Assembly (NCBI GenBank): GCA_965214835.1
Contig: CBDCCK010000002.1
Span: forward strand, 192,001-256,000
Source of the DNA: Nitrosopumilaceae archaeon
GTDB lineage: Archaea > Thermoproteota > Nitrososphaeria > Nitrososphaerales > Nitrosopumilaceae
Reading direction: 5' to 3'
DNA length: 64,000 bases
Below the pieces are notes generated by a model, which saw nothing but the letters and a program-made list of their open reading frames with translations, was not told where the DNA came from and did no database searches. Below are positions 1 through 8,828 of the stretch, one piece after another; position 1 is the first letter of the stretch; every line of letters begins with the position of its first letter. A program made the position numbers and the translations under genes.

Positions 1-97
1 TTTGATTTCACACATATCCTTTTTTTGCGCTAATCTGTCTGTTTGCATTGCCTTTTATCTTGGTACCATCTGAATTTTGTTTTTGAGACACATATGG

Positions 98-778
98 TTA
101 CGAAAACAGAAAGTTCTCCTCTTCTGCAACCGTGATTCCGTTGATGTAGATCCTCGAGGTCTGTCCCTTCCTCAGAATCTCCCCGTACTGCGTCCCCTCC
201 AGACTTTCCTCCCCGGAAAACCTCAGAAAGAGATCCTTTGCCCTTTCAATGTCCCCCTTTGTGCACCCATTGAGAATCACCCTGGTGCCCGTCATTTCCG
301 GCTCCGACGGCGGCGATATCACCGCATGAAGCGTAATGACGTCTTCAAAGCCGTGCTTTGATGACCGGTCGACGGTGATGTCTCCGTGCCTTGACCTGAT
401 CACGATGTTTACGCCGTGTCTGGCAAATGTTGCCAGCGCGTCCTTTAGCCCGACCCCGAACTTCCCTATCACCAGCCCCGGATGCAAGATCTTCTCCTCG
501 TCCTCGTTCTGCGTCAGGTGCTCGTATCTTATCCCGCGGCCGTAATCCCTGATTGCAAAGCCGTCGCCCTCTTTTTTGATTTCAATGTCCTCTGTCTTGG
601 TTAATACCTGCTCGTCTATCGCGTTTGCAATGATCTCCCTTATTCCGTGATATATCTCCCAGTCCTCAAGAACCTCCTCTATGTTCAGGTCAAACTTTTT
701 CGGTGCGCCGTTCTCCATCCTTGAATCCGGGCTGCCTTGCGGCGGCCTCCCACCGGATGTGGTCTTCCTTCCTGCCAT
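98..778 (-). CDS. GHKL/HATPase-fold ATP-binding protein, probably C-terminally truncated
   Basis: REIIANAIDE, IRDYGRG and GKFGVGLK motifs; ATG at 778 lies about 26 nt downstream of a TTTAAG box; stops abruptly after FLFS. Confidence 0.7.
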   Translation of the reverse strand: MAGRKTTSGGRPPQGSPDSRMENGAPKKFDLNIEEVLEDWEIYHGIREIIANAIDEQVLTKTEDIEIKKEGDGFAIRDYGRGIRYEHLTQNEDEEKILHPGLVIGKFGVGLKDALATFARHGVNIVIRSRHGDITVDRSSKHGFEDVITLHAVISPPSEPEMTGTRVILNGCTKGDIERAKDLFLRFSGEESLEGTQYGEILRKGQTSRIYINGITVAEEENFLFS

Positions 779-897
779 GCCATAAAGTATGATGTCGCCT
801 GCACTTAAACGGTTGTGTTCGGATTCACAGGTGTGTGGTCTTTCTTGACTTTCATCTGATTGTGTCATTTACCTAGATGCCCTTCTGATGTTTTGTA

Positions 898-1419
898 TCA
901 TGTGTTTCCTTCCTTTGATCCTTCTGGCTTTCCGGGTCTCTGGCAGGTGAAATCCGTGCAGGTTCTTCGCCATATCTCAAAGCCAAGGAATCTGACTCTT
1001 TTTGAAGTCTCCCTGAATATGTCTCTCGAATTTTGTGACTCGTCGCCTTTTTCTATGGATTTGGAGTCACGTGCGTCATCACTTTCATCAAGTTGGATTT
1101 CTGTTTTTGTTGATTTGGTTACAGGTGTTTTTGTTTTCTGTTTGTAAATTTTTAATATCGTCACAGTTTGTATTGTAACTATAATACTTATAATCACTAC
1201 AACGTATCCAATTCCCGAATCCAGAGCAATCTTAGAGACTGTCAGCATGCCTGTTGTGTCTTCTTCTGATTCCCCAACGGCATCCATTCTTACTTCCACC
1301 TCAAACAAAAACAGTGCAAGCATGCCGGCAAGTACTGCCGCCCCTACCGTGGCCGCGATTGTGGCCGATACCTGCAAGACGGCAAGACGCTTCTGAAACT
1401 CCTGTTCCGAGACATTCAT
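898..1419 (-). CDS. hypothetical membrane protein (2 TM)
   Basis: Two hydrophobic segments; ATGA overlap with the upstream ORF. Confidence 0.6.
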   Translation of the reverse strand: MNVSEQEFQKRLAVLQVSATIAATVGAAVLAGMLALFLFEVEVRMDAVGESEEDTTGMLTVSKIALDSGIGYVVVIISIIVTIQTVTILKIYKQKTKTPVTKSTKTEIQLDESDDARDSKSIEKGDESQNSRDIFRETSKRVRFLGFEIWRRTCTDFTCQRPGKPEGSKEGNT

Positions 1420-1763
1420 GACTGTATCCCCATACTCTCCACCCTGTCGGTTTTGCGGTACTGTCCTGCCAGTCCGGAAATCCAGGCAGCCAGCTTGCCT
1501 GCGGCAATGATTATCATGCCGCATCCCATGACTGCAAGTCCCACAAACATGATCAACAAGACCCAAGACAGGAACTGAGCAACCTCCTCCTCCTCCTTTA
1601 TCTCAGTGGGGTTTGTGGCTGCTGTCAGTATTAACATGACCACCAATATTACGGCGATTAATTGCGAGCCGACCCCTATGAAGGCACCTATGACTATCGT
1701 CAACATTCCTATGTCGAATGTGTCCCAAGGGTTGCCCGATTCCTGCCGTTCTGACTCGCTCAT
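1416..1763 (-). CDS. small membrane protein (MSESER... paralog A)
   Basis: Two TM segments; N-terminus shared with 2856..3152. Confidence 0.6.
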   Translation of the reverse strand: MSESERQESGNPWDTFDIGMLTIVIGAFIGVGSQLIAVILVVMLILTAATNPTEIKEEEEVAQFLSWVLLIMFVGLAVMGCGMIIIAAGKLAAWISGLAGQYRKTDRVESMGIQS

Positions 1764-1770
1764 TGCCGCA

Positions 1771-2244
1771 TCACGCCTGCTGCATCTTACGCTGACGGTG
1801 ATCTGATTCGGCAAGCCTCTTCTCCAGGTCTGCGGCATCCCAGCCCAGGCAGAGACAGACTGCAGGTGCAACTATAAAGAACATTATCACGCATATCCAG
1901 CTCAGTAGTAATGTGTGATTGACCCCCGTCTCATCTGTGACACCGTACTCTACTGCAATCCACACCAGAGTCGTCATAAGCAGTACCGCCAGAATCATTC
2001 GCGGAATTTTTTCCACCTCGTATAGGCCGCCCCTGATGCCTTCTGCGGCTGCCTTTCTGTATATAGACAAAAAGTACCACGCCTCGACGGCAACACCCGC
2101 ACCGCAGATGGACACTGCCAGCAGGTGCGTCAGGAATGCCGCGGGTTGACTAAACCCGCCGTCCACAATCCACATAATCAGCGTGCCTGCCAGCAGTACC
2201 GTAGATGATGCTACCAGCAGGATTCCCGAAATTACAAGCAACAA
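1771..2244 (-). CDS. 4-TM membrane protein
   Basis: Four hydrophobic helices; TATA box at 2263-2270; paralog at 3160..3646. Confidence 0.7.
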   Translation of the reverse strand: MLLVISGILLVASSTVLLAGTLIMWIVDGGFSQPAAFLTHLLAVSICGAGVAVEAWYFLSIYRKAAAEGIRGGLYEVEKIPRMILAVLLMTTLVWIAVEYGVTDETGVNHTLLLSWICVIMFFIVAPAVCLCLGWDAADLEKRLAESDHRQRKMQQA

Positions 2245-2262
2245 CCTGTCAGGGAACGTTTG

Positions 2263-2279
2263 CTTAAAAAGCCGGATTC
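2263..2279 (-). promoter_or_regulatory. promoter GAATCCGGC-TTTTTAAG (element-specific motif + TATA)
   Basis: About 20 nt upstream of the start; motif shared with six other promoters. Confidence 0.6.
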
Positions 2280-2342
2280 ATTTGCCGTCTGACAGACCGG
2301 ATCCTGATTCCAGCCCGGCGGGACGTGGGCGCCGGCTGCATT

Positions 2343-2786
2343 TTAGGCCGGGCTGCTGAACCCGGGGTATGCGTTGTAGATCTGCCTTGTCAGGACATTG
2401 CGCGGCACCTGCTGCAGGCGCCTCACCCTGTCCTCAAGCACTGCCATCTCCGGGATCCTCTCAAGCATGTACCGGTATCTTTCCCTTCCCCTTGCCGTGG
2501 CACGGCACACCCTGGTTTTCCTGCCGCATATGGACACGTCCGAGATTCTGATTGTATCGTCGCGGCATTTTTCCATGTCCCGGCTCAGCTCCCCGCTGTA
2601 CGGGGCGTAATGGTACGGCCTCCAGTCATCATAGAATCCCAGGCTGCCATGCGAGATCTTTATCTCGTGCAGCTCCAGTGCATGTCTCTTGTAAAGGATG
2701 AACCCGTATCTCTGAAGCATTTCGCTGCCGTTTATCACCATGCCGTTCATTATGAGCAGTACGCGATCCCGTGATTCTATGTCCAA
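2343..2786 (-). CDS. SocA/Panacea (DUF4065)-like winged-helix protein, putative antitoxin
   Basis: G-S-E-M-LQRYGF, WRPYHYAPYSGELSRD and IYNAYPGF resemble the family pattern GxTxLQKxxF / PYxYGPxSxEL / VYxxYP. Confidence 0.55.
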   Translation of the reverse strand: MDIESRDRVLLIMNGMVINGSEMLQRYGFILYKRHALELHEIKISHGSLGFYDDWRPYHYAPYSGELSRDMEKCRDDTIRISDVSICGRKTRVCRATARGRERYRYMLERIPEMAVLEDRVRRLQQVPRNVLTRQIYNAYPGFSSPA

Positions 2787-2807
2787 TGGAATGGCAATGT
2801 AAGACTC

Positions 2808-2824
2808 CTTTTAATGCCGGAAAT
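2808..2824 (-). promoter_or_regulatory. promoter ATTTCCGGC-ATTAAAAG
   Basis: Upstream of the 2786 start; shared motif. Confidence 0.55.
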
Positions 2825-2855
2825 GAGTGCTGTCTGGCCGAGCCTGTCATTCTGT

Positions 2856-3152
2856 TCAAGATCCTCCTCCTCCTTCCCCCTCTTCGGGCCTGCCTAATCC
2901 GTCTGCTACCTCACACGTTATCATGCCGGCAAACATGCACACGATTCCCGGTATCGCTGTCAGTGCTACCAGCCCCCACAGTACGTTCATCACCTCCTCC
3001 TCTGGCATCTCGACGAGACCTGTCACTGTAAGCATTACCGCGCCCGCGACGATTATGAGTATGGATAATGCGATGAGCATTATGAGCCCGCCCGCGACGA
3101 CCACCTTCATTCCCATGTCATGCCGCGCACGGCGCCGTTCTGACTCGCTCAT
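2856..3152 (-). CDS. small membrane protein (MSESER... paralog B)
   Basis: Two TM segments separated by EEEV, as in 1416..1763. Confidence 0.6.
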   Translation of the reverse strand: MSESERRRARHDMGMKVVVAGGLIMLIALSILIIVAGAVMLTVTGLVEMPEEEVMNVLWGLVALTAIPGIVCMFAGMITCEVADGLGRPEEGEGGGGS

Positions 3153-3159
3153 TGCCGCA

Positions 3160-3646
3160 TCACGCCTGCTGCCACTTACACTGATGGTGATCTGATGCTG
3201 CAAGCCTCTTCTCCAAATCTGCGGCATCCCTGCCCAGGCAAGTCCAGACCACAGATGAGACCGCCAAGAAGAATATCACATATAGCCAGTTCAGCCTGGA
3301 TACGTGGTCGCTCATGCTCTCATCTGAGAAGACACCTAACTCTGCAAGCAGCCATGTTCCAATCCATACCAGGGCCATCACAAACAGGGCAAACTGAATC
3401 GTGCCCTTAAGTTTTTCCACCTCGTATAGGCCGCCCCCTGATGCCTTCTGCGGCTGCCTTCCTATACACAGACAAAAAGTACCGCACCTGGACGGCAACG
3501 CCCGCACCGCAGATGGACACTACCATCAGTTGCGTCAGGGATGTCGCGGGGTGGGTGAAATCGCCGTCCATAACCCACATGATCAGCGTACCTGCCAGCA
3601 GTACCATATATGATGCGACCAGAAGGATCCCCGAAATCATAAACAA
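3160..3646 (-). pseudogene. frameshifted paralog of the 4-TM protein
   Basis: C5 at 3434-3438 versus C4 at 2030-2033 splits the gene into ORFs 3407..3646 and 3160..3507. Confidence 0.75.
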
Positions 3647-3664
3647 CAGACAGTGAGGTGTTTG

Positions 3665-3681
3665 CTTAAAAACCTGGATTT
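3665..3681 (-). promoter_or_regulatory. promoter AAATCCAGG-TTTTTAAG
   Basis: Duplicated counterpart of 2263..2279. Confidence 0.55.
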
Positions 3682-3780
3682 TCTTGCAATCCGACAGACC
3701 GGATCCTAATTCCAGCCCGGCGGGGTGTAAGAGTCTGCCTTCTGGCAGATGTCCCTGTCAGTGCTTTAGCATGGACTGTT

Positions 3781-4467
3781 CTACCGTATCCTGACGATCT
3801 CGGTGGCACGCCGCAGATCCTCCCCGTAAAAGCACGTGCCGCCGATGCACTCGCCCTGCACGCCGTACACCACCGTCAGTATAACCGAGTCGCCACGCAT
3901 GACGTCACCGTTGTCCCCCAGTATCGCGGTTCCGACCCTGCCTGTTCCCCCTGCGGCCACATACTCCCTGTTTGATGGCTCCATGTGCACCGACAGCGGC
4001 TGATCCGTGTCGGCACTATAGTCGCGCACGTTTGCGGGAAGCCCGCCGCCCTGCTGCGGCCAGCTGCTCTGCCAGTCGGCGTGGTTGCCCGAATCCACGT
4101 GCGCTATTCCCGTTTTGTGCCACGGGCCGCCGGGCGCCTCTGCGTGTGCGTCTGCTGCCGCGTCATAGAACCTCGGTACATACTGCGCAAGGCCGCTGCC
4201 CGCGTGTATGACCTCCTCGCCTGAAAGCCCGTCAAGGGCCGCAAACACGACCTGGACTGGACTGCGGCCGTCGTTGCGTATTGTAACTGACGCTGCCAGC
4301 GTCCCGTTTGCCCCGGCGTATATCTCCGGCGTCACCGTCACCGGACCGCCGCCGACCGACTCTAGCGCCCTGTCTATGGCACCACCCGATAGTATGGCGG
4401 CTGCCGCGCCCGCGACTGCTACTGCAATCCCCATAAGCGTGACGACCTCCTTTGTAAGCTGCACCAT
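3781..4467 (-). CDS. pilin-like protein
   Basis: N-terminal hydrophobic helix after E; VTIRNDGxxPVQV beta motif typical of archaeal pilins; adjacent to TadC-like and ATPase genes. Confidence 0.55.
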   Translation of the reverse strand: MVQLTKEVVTLMGIAVAVAGAAAAILSGGAIDRALESVGGGPVTVTPEIYAGANGTLAASVTIRNDGRSPVQVVFAALDGLSGEEVIHAGSGLAQYVPRFYDAAADAHAEAPGGPWHKTGIAHVDSGNHADWQSSWPQQGGGLPANVRDYSADTDQPLSVHMEPSNREYVAAGGTGRVGTAILGDNGDVMRGDSVILTVVYGVQGECIGGTCFYGEDLRRATEIVRIR

Positions 4468-4488
4468 CGCACGCCATACCGCGCCGGG

Positions 4489-4505
4489 AATTTAAGCGCG
4501 GAATC
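4489..4505 (-). promoter_or_regulatory. promoter GATTCCGCG-CTTAAATT
   Basis: 22 nt upstream of ATG 4467; shared motif. Confidence 0.55.
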
Positions 4506-4507
4506 GC

Positions 4508-6481
4508 CTAGAATACCTCCGATACCATCTGCTCTATTACCCCGAAGAAAAAGTCCCATCCGGCAAGGATTACTGCCGCGCAGCACAGCGTCACCCCGGC
4601 AGGCATCGTCGCGCGGACCGTATAGTACGCGGTCTTTGCCACTACGATTCCAGAGCAGGCAGACATCAGCAGTATGGCAGGCTTTAGCGCGTCAAACAGC
4701 GAGGAGAGCTCGGGCGGCGATCCCAGGCCGCCAAGCGACACCCCACCCAGCGTGTCAGTATCCGGTAATTTGGAGGTGATGGAGAGCATCAGCGAGGATA
4801 TGCCGACCATTGCCACGAACAGTACTACAGGCGCCGCATACAGCAGCAGCGATGACGTCCTCAGCGTGTCGTCCATCCTGTTCTTTATCTCGTTGAGCGA
4901 TATGGCAAACCCCTTTATCCTTACAAGCGCATCAACTGACTGGCCAAAGCCTCCGTCATATACGGTCTGCGCTATAAACAGCAGCAGCCTGAGCCTCTTG
5001 GAGGATATGGAGGAATCATATATCACGTCGTACTTTCTGTCGCTTATCCGGGCCATCCTGTATCTGATCCCGCGGCATATCTCGGCAAAGCCGCCCATCT
5101 TCTTTCTCATCTCGGCCTCGTCGGCAATGACGGTCTTTCTGAGGGCGACAAGAAAGTTGGCGTCTGCGGCACACCTCTCTATCATGTCGTGTATCCACGC
5201 CGGAAAGCCGTCGATCCTTGAGCGCCACGCCCCGAGCTCGGAGCTGACCGCCATCCCGTTTACGATGCAGGCAGCGGCACCCGCTACCGCGGCAGTCACC
5301 AGGATGTCTCCCAGTGCTACAAGCGAGGCAGCTCCCGCAATAGCTGCGGCAATCGCGGTCCTGACTGTCGGCGGCCTGCCGAGTGCGATGTCGGGCTTGC
5401 CCTTGTGGGATACCATCGCGTATACCGTAAACAGGACGGGCATTGCAAATATCATCATGGCCACCCCGCCGACTGCGTCCTGCGAGGAGACTACGAACAT
5501 CAGCATTATCATCATTACGGGCAGCATTATCATCCCCATGGCCCCCATCATGAAGGTGGCAGATATCTTGCCTATCTTGTCCTCGTCCTTTTTTACGATG
5601 ACGGCAAACTCCCTGTCTGCCAGGTCGCCGACATATGCTGTCAGGCCGACTGGGTGCGAGCGCGCCGTATCGGCATAGTCGAGGAAGAACTTTTGCATCG
5701 GGTCGTACGCGTGCTGCAGCGCGAGCCTGCGTATGGCGTCCTGCTCGGACATGCCGTCCAATTCGATCCACTTTCGCAGTATGGCAGTGTCGTGCGCTAT
5801 CGACTCCAGTATGCGGGATGCTGCAAGCCGGATCATGGCCTGGTATAATGACAGGCCGCTCATCGTGGCCACCTGCAGGTACGCCAAAAAGTACGCCATC
5901 TCCGACTCGTACAGCGCCGTCACGTCTGATGAGTGCGTCATGTTGGATATCCTCGGGTACAGCAGCAGCACCGCAGGCAGGCCGGCGGCTGCCAGCAGCA
6001 CGAGGTTTGCAGTCAGTATACCCGCAATGCAGACTGCGGCTGCTGCCGGTATCGATACGGCGACTGCCACCGTCAGATTTCTGGCAGTTGCCGACGGCGA
6101 CCTGAGTAGGCCTGCAGACGTGGCCCCGCTCTCCTCTGACTTTTTGATGGACTCTTCAAGATCGGCAAACACGGAATATTTTATCAGCCTTGCGTGCAGC
6201 GCGCCTATTACAGACTGGGCGTCTATCTTTTTTGCCCTGATGGGCATGGCGCCCGTCCGCGCCGGCCGCCTGCGCTCCCCGGCAGAGCGTGCCATGCAGG
6301 ACAGCCTTCCTGCAGCAGCTGCCATCTCCGGCAGAAACAGGATTGCGGTGGCCGCTGCCACAAACGATACGGTACTGTACATGTCAGAGAGCCCGGCAGC
6401 AGCTGCTGCCCCCAGTATGATCACGTACAGCACAAAGCGCAGCGACGGGTGCGCGACTGACGTTAATGCCCTAGGATGCAT
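4508..6481 (-). CDS. type IV pilus membrane platform protein (TadC/GspF/ArlJ-like)
   Basis: Multi-TM with two cytoplasmic T2SSF-like domains (EMAYFLAYL..SGLSLYQAM; FPAWIHDMIE); overlaps the ATPase gene. Confidence 0.8.
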   Translation of the reverse strand: MHPRALTSVAHPSLRFVLYVIILGAAAAAGLSDMYSTVSFVAAATAILFLPEMAAAAGRLSCMARSAGERRRPARTGAMPIRAKKIDAQSVIGALHARLIKYSVFADLEESIKKSEESGATSAGLLRSPSATARNLTVAVAVSIPAAAAVCIAGILTANLVLLAAAGLPAVLLLYPRISNMTHSSDVTALYESEMAYFLAYLQVATMSGLSLYQAMIRLAASRILESIAHDTAILRKWIELDGMSEQDAIRRLALQHAYDPMQKFFLDYADTARSHPVGLTAYVGDLADREFAVIVKKDEDKIGKISATFMMGAMGMIMLPVMMIMLMFVVSSQDAVGGVAMMIFAMPVLFTVYAMVSHKGKPDIALGRPPTVRTAIAAAIAGAASLVALGDILVTAAVAGAAACIVNGMAVSSELGAWRSRIDGFPAWIHDMIERCAADANFLVALRKTVIADEAEMRKKMGGFAEICRGIRYRMARISDRKYDVIYDSSISSKRLRLLLFIAQTVYDGGFGQSVDALVRIKGFAISLNEIKNRMDDTLRTSSLLLYAAPVVLFVAMVGISSLMLSITSKLPDTDTLGGVSLGGLGSPPELSSLFDALKPAILLMSACSGIVVAKTAYYTVRATMPAGVTLCCAAVILAGWDFFFGVIEQMVSEVF

Positions 6482-8108
6482 GGTACCTCCTGAGCACCTC
6501 CATTACCGCGTACGGCGTGTCTGCATTCTTTTCCACTGCCGAGTTGATGAATCCGATCCTTTTTGCCAGGTCGGCCTCCATGTCCGAGGACGCATCGCGC
6601 GCTCCCAGCTCCTTGAGCCTTACACTCTCTGAGGCCATCTCTTCTGCAGAGTCTCCCACATACCTGCCGCTTTTTGCGTCGTACTCGCAAAGCGTGTTGA
6701 GGCTGGCGCCCTTCTCGCTGTCCCATACCACCTCGTCAAATGATATGCACCGGCGCACCTGCATCCCGTCTGCATCCCTGACGACTGCAGGATTCAGCAT
6801 GAACCAGATGTGCGAGAACGACGCCGGATGCACGCCGTACTCGGATGTTATCTTGGACATCGCCCCCTGGCACGAGTATGAGTGAAATGACGAGAGCACG
6901 GCGTGGCCTGTTGATGCCACATCAAACAGCAGCTTTGTCGATATCCCCCGGACCTCGCCTACGGCTATCATCTGCGGCCTCTGCCGGAGCGAGGCGTTGA
7001 GAAACTGCCTGAAGCGGTCGTGGTATTTCTCGGAGGCTATGGGCACGTCTATGAGCAGCGGCACCCAGTCGCGCTGCGGTATCTGCAGCTCGGCGGCATC
7101 CTCTATGGATATGATCTTGGCAGAGTGGTGTATGAGGGGAAACAGCGTGTTGAGCAATGAAGTCTTGCCTGCGCCGGTCCCCCCCACGACCATCCCGGTC
7201 CCTGAGTTCTCCAGCATCTTCCAGATTACGGCTACTACCGACGCCGGGACTGTCCCGCCTTTTATCATGTCTGTCAGCGTGAACGGTCTGGACGACTTTA
7301 TGCGGACTGACAGCGCGTGTGAGGAGTTTGCAGTCACCTCGCCTGAGATTATCGATATGCGGTACTTTTCGCCGATGTTGAAATCAAGTATAGGATCGGA
7401 CGTGGACAGGTGCTTTCCGCCGTGGCGCGCCAGGCGGTCGAGGAACGCCCCCATGTGGCCCATGTTGCGAAACCCCAGGTTCGTGCGCAGCACCCCGTGC
7501 TCCAGGTACTTTCGGTGCATCACGCCGACCGATGTATAATCAGAGCACGTCACGTCCTCCAGGTGGTCTGTGTCCCGCATGGGCACATCAAGTATCTCGT
7601 GGCCCAGTATGTCGCGCGCGGCGTAGTATTTAGCAATGCCATAGTCCGGGTTTATCAGGTTGCGCAGTCCCAGCTCGTCTGCCCCTGCCAGTATGTTGTC
7701 CATCAGCTTGCCCTTGAGATCCTCGGAGTCCATCCGGGAGCCAGGCGGCCTGTCGATTATGTCCGATCTGAGAATTTTTTTGTAGTTCATGATGCGGTCG
7801 TACGCGCCGCGCGATTCCTCTGAGCTGAACTGCGGCTCGGACACAAGATACTGCATGTCCTGCGTGATGATCACCCGGGCCTCGCCGACCTTGTAGTCAT
7901 CCAGCGGTTCGGAGTCGCCTTTGACGTCTGCCGCAAAGGACTGCACATAGAACGAGTCGGTAGGCAGCTGCGGCTCCTGTGGTTTCTCCTTTTTGCCCTT
8001 CGGCTCCTGCCTCTTTTTTTTCCCGTCCTCCGGCCCCGGCTTTGCATCTGTCTTCTTGCTCCCCCCTCCTCCGGAAAGAAGCCTGATCCTCATGGAAGGC
8101 AGCTTCAT
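6471..8108 (-). CDS. type II/IV secretion ATPase (VirB11/CpaF/ArlI-like)
   Basis: Walker A GGTGAGKT, Asp box SIEDAAEL, LRQRPQMIAVGEVRG, His box STGH..SSFH. Confidence 0.92.
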   Translation of the reverse strand: MKLPSMRIRLLSGGGGSKKTDAKPGPEDGKKKRQEPKGKKEKPQEPQLPTDSFYVQSFAADVKGDSEPLDDYKVGEARVIITQDMQYLVSEPQFSSEESRGAYDRIMNYKKILRSDIIDRPPGSRMDSEDLKGKLMDNILAGADELGLRNLINPDYGIAKYYAARDILGHEILDVPMRDTDHLEDVTCSDYTSVGVMHRKYLEHGVLRTNLGFRNMGHMGAFLDRLARHGGKHLSTSDPILDFNIGEKYRISIISGEVTANSSHALSVRIKSSRPFTLTDMIKGGTVPASVVAVIWKMLENSGTGMVVGGTGAGKTSLLNTLFPLIHHSAKIISIEDAAELQIPQRDWVPLLIDVPIASEKYHDRFRQFLNASLRQRPQMIAVGEVRGISTKLLFDVASTGHAVLSSFHSYSCQGAMSKITSEYGVHPASFSHIWFMLNPAVVRDADGMQVRRCISFDEVVWDSEKGASLNTLCEYDAKSGRYVGDSAEEMASESVRLKELGARDASSDMEADLAKRIGFINSAVEKNADTPYAVMEVLRRYHAS

Positions 8109-8770
8109 GGGATGGACACCTCCGCAAGAAATACCAGGAGGGCTGCCGCGTATGATGCCGTGATGTATACCATCCCGGGGTGCGCCGACGTCACATATAC
8201 CGTGTCCTCTGCAAGCCCGTCGGCTGCGCGCGTGCTCAGGTACAGCCCGCCGCTGCCGTCGCTGCGCTGGGCAGAGCGGACGTGCTCGTCTGTGTCCCTT
8301 TTGCGCCGCGCAAGCATGCTCCAGTATATCCGGCGCGCAGCAGATCCCGCGTTGCGCACGTCTCCGAACGGCCTGATATGGCGGTACGAGTCTGCCATGT
8401 TGTACGCCAGGTTTGTAGCAGTCCCCACTATCCCCTGCAGGATTACCACTCCAAAGAACAGGACTATCCCCGTCGGCAGCCCGCCTATGGCCGGCGTCGC
8501 CACAGAAGCTATCATGATTGCCACCGCATCACCTGCCGCAAACAGGCGCCCCGCGACGCCCACTATGCAGAATGCCGCAGCTGCTGCCAGCATCGCCGGA
8601 TCCGGGGCCCACGGCCTGGCGTGGGCCCCGTCATACTGCGGTACAACGACTGCAAGCGGCACCAGGACGGCAGCAGCTATCCCGAACGCCGCAAGCGGGA
8701 CGCTCCGGCGGCGCACGTCAAAGGCGCACAGTATTACAAGGCACGCAAGTACTGCCAGCTCCGCATACAT
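8105..8770 (-). CDS. prepilin peptidase (A24, PibD/FlaK-like)
   Basis: Catalytic Asp motifs AFDVRRR and AAGDA in a multi-TM protein. Confidence 0.8.
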   Translation of the reverse strand: MYAELAVLACLVILCAFDVRRRSVPLAAFGIAAAVLVPLAVVVPQYDGAHARPWAPDPAMLAAAAAFCIVGVAGRLFAAGDAVAIMIASVATPAIGGLPTGIVLFFGVVILQGIVGTATNLAYNMADSYRHIRPFGDVRNAGSAARRIYWSMLARRKRDTDEHVRSAQRSDGSGGLYLSTRAADGLAEDTVYVTSAHPGMVYITASYAAALLVFLAEVSIP

Positions 8771-8790
8771 GGCATGATCATCACCGGTAA

Positions 8791-8807
8791 AATATAAACC
8801 GGGTTTG
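8791..8807 (-). promoter_or_regulatory. promoter CAAACCCGG-TTTATATT of the peptidase-ATPase-TadC operon
   Basis: About 20 nt upstream of ATG 8770; shared motif. Confidence 0.55.
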
Positions 8808-8828
8808 CCTGCTGCGCCCGTCTCCTGA

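Larger units (their letters stand above)
1745..2322. repeat. diverged direct duplication copy 1 (promoter + 4-TM gene + start of next gene)
   Basis: Collinear with 3134..3724. Confidence 0.85.
3134..3724. repeat. diverged direct duplication copy 2
   Basis: Collinear with 1745..2322. Confidence 0.85.
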
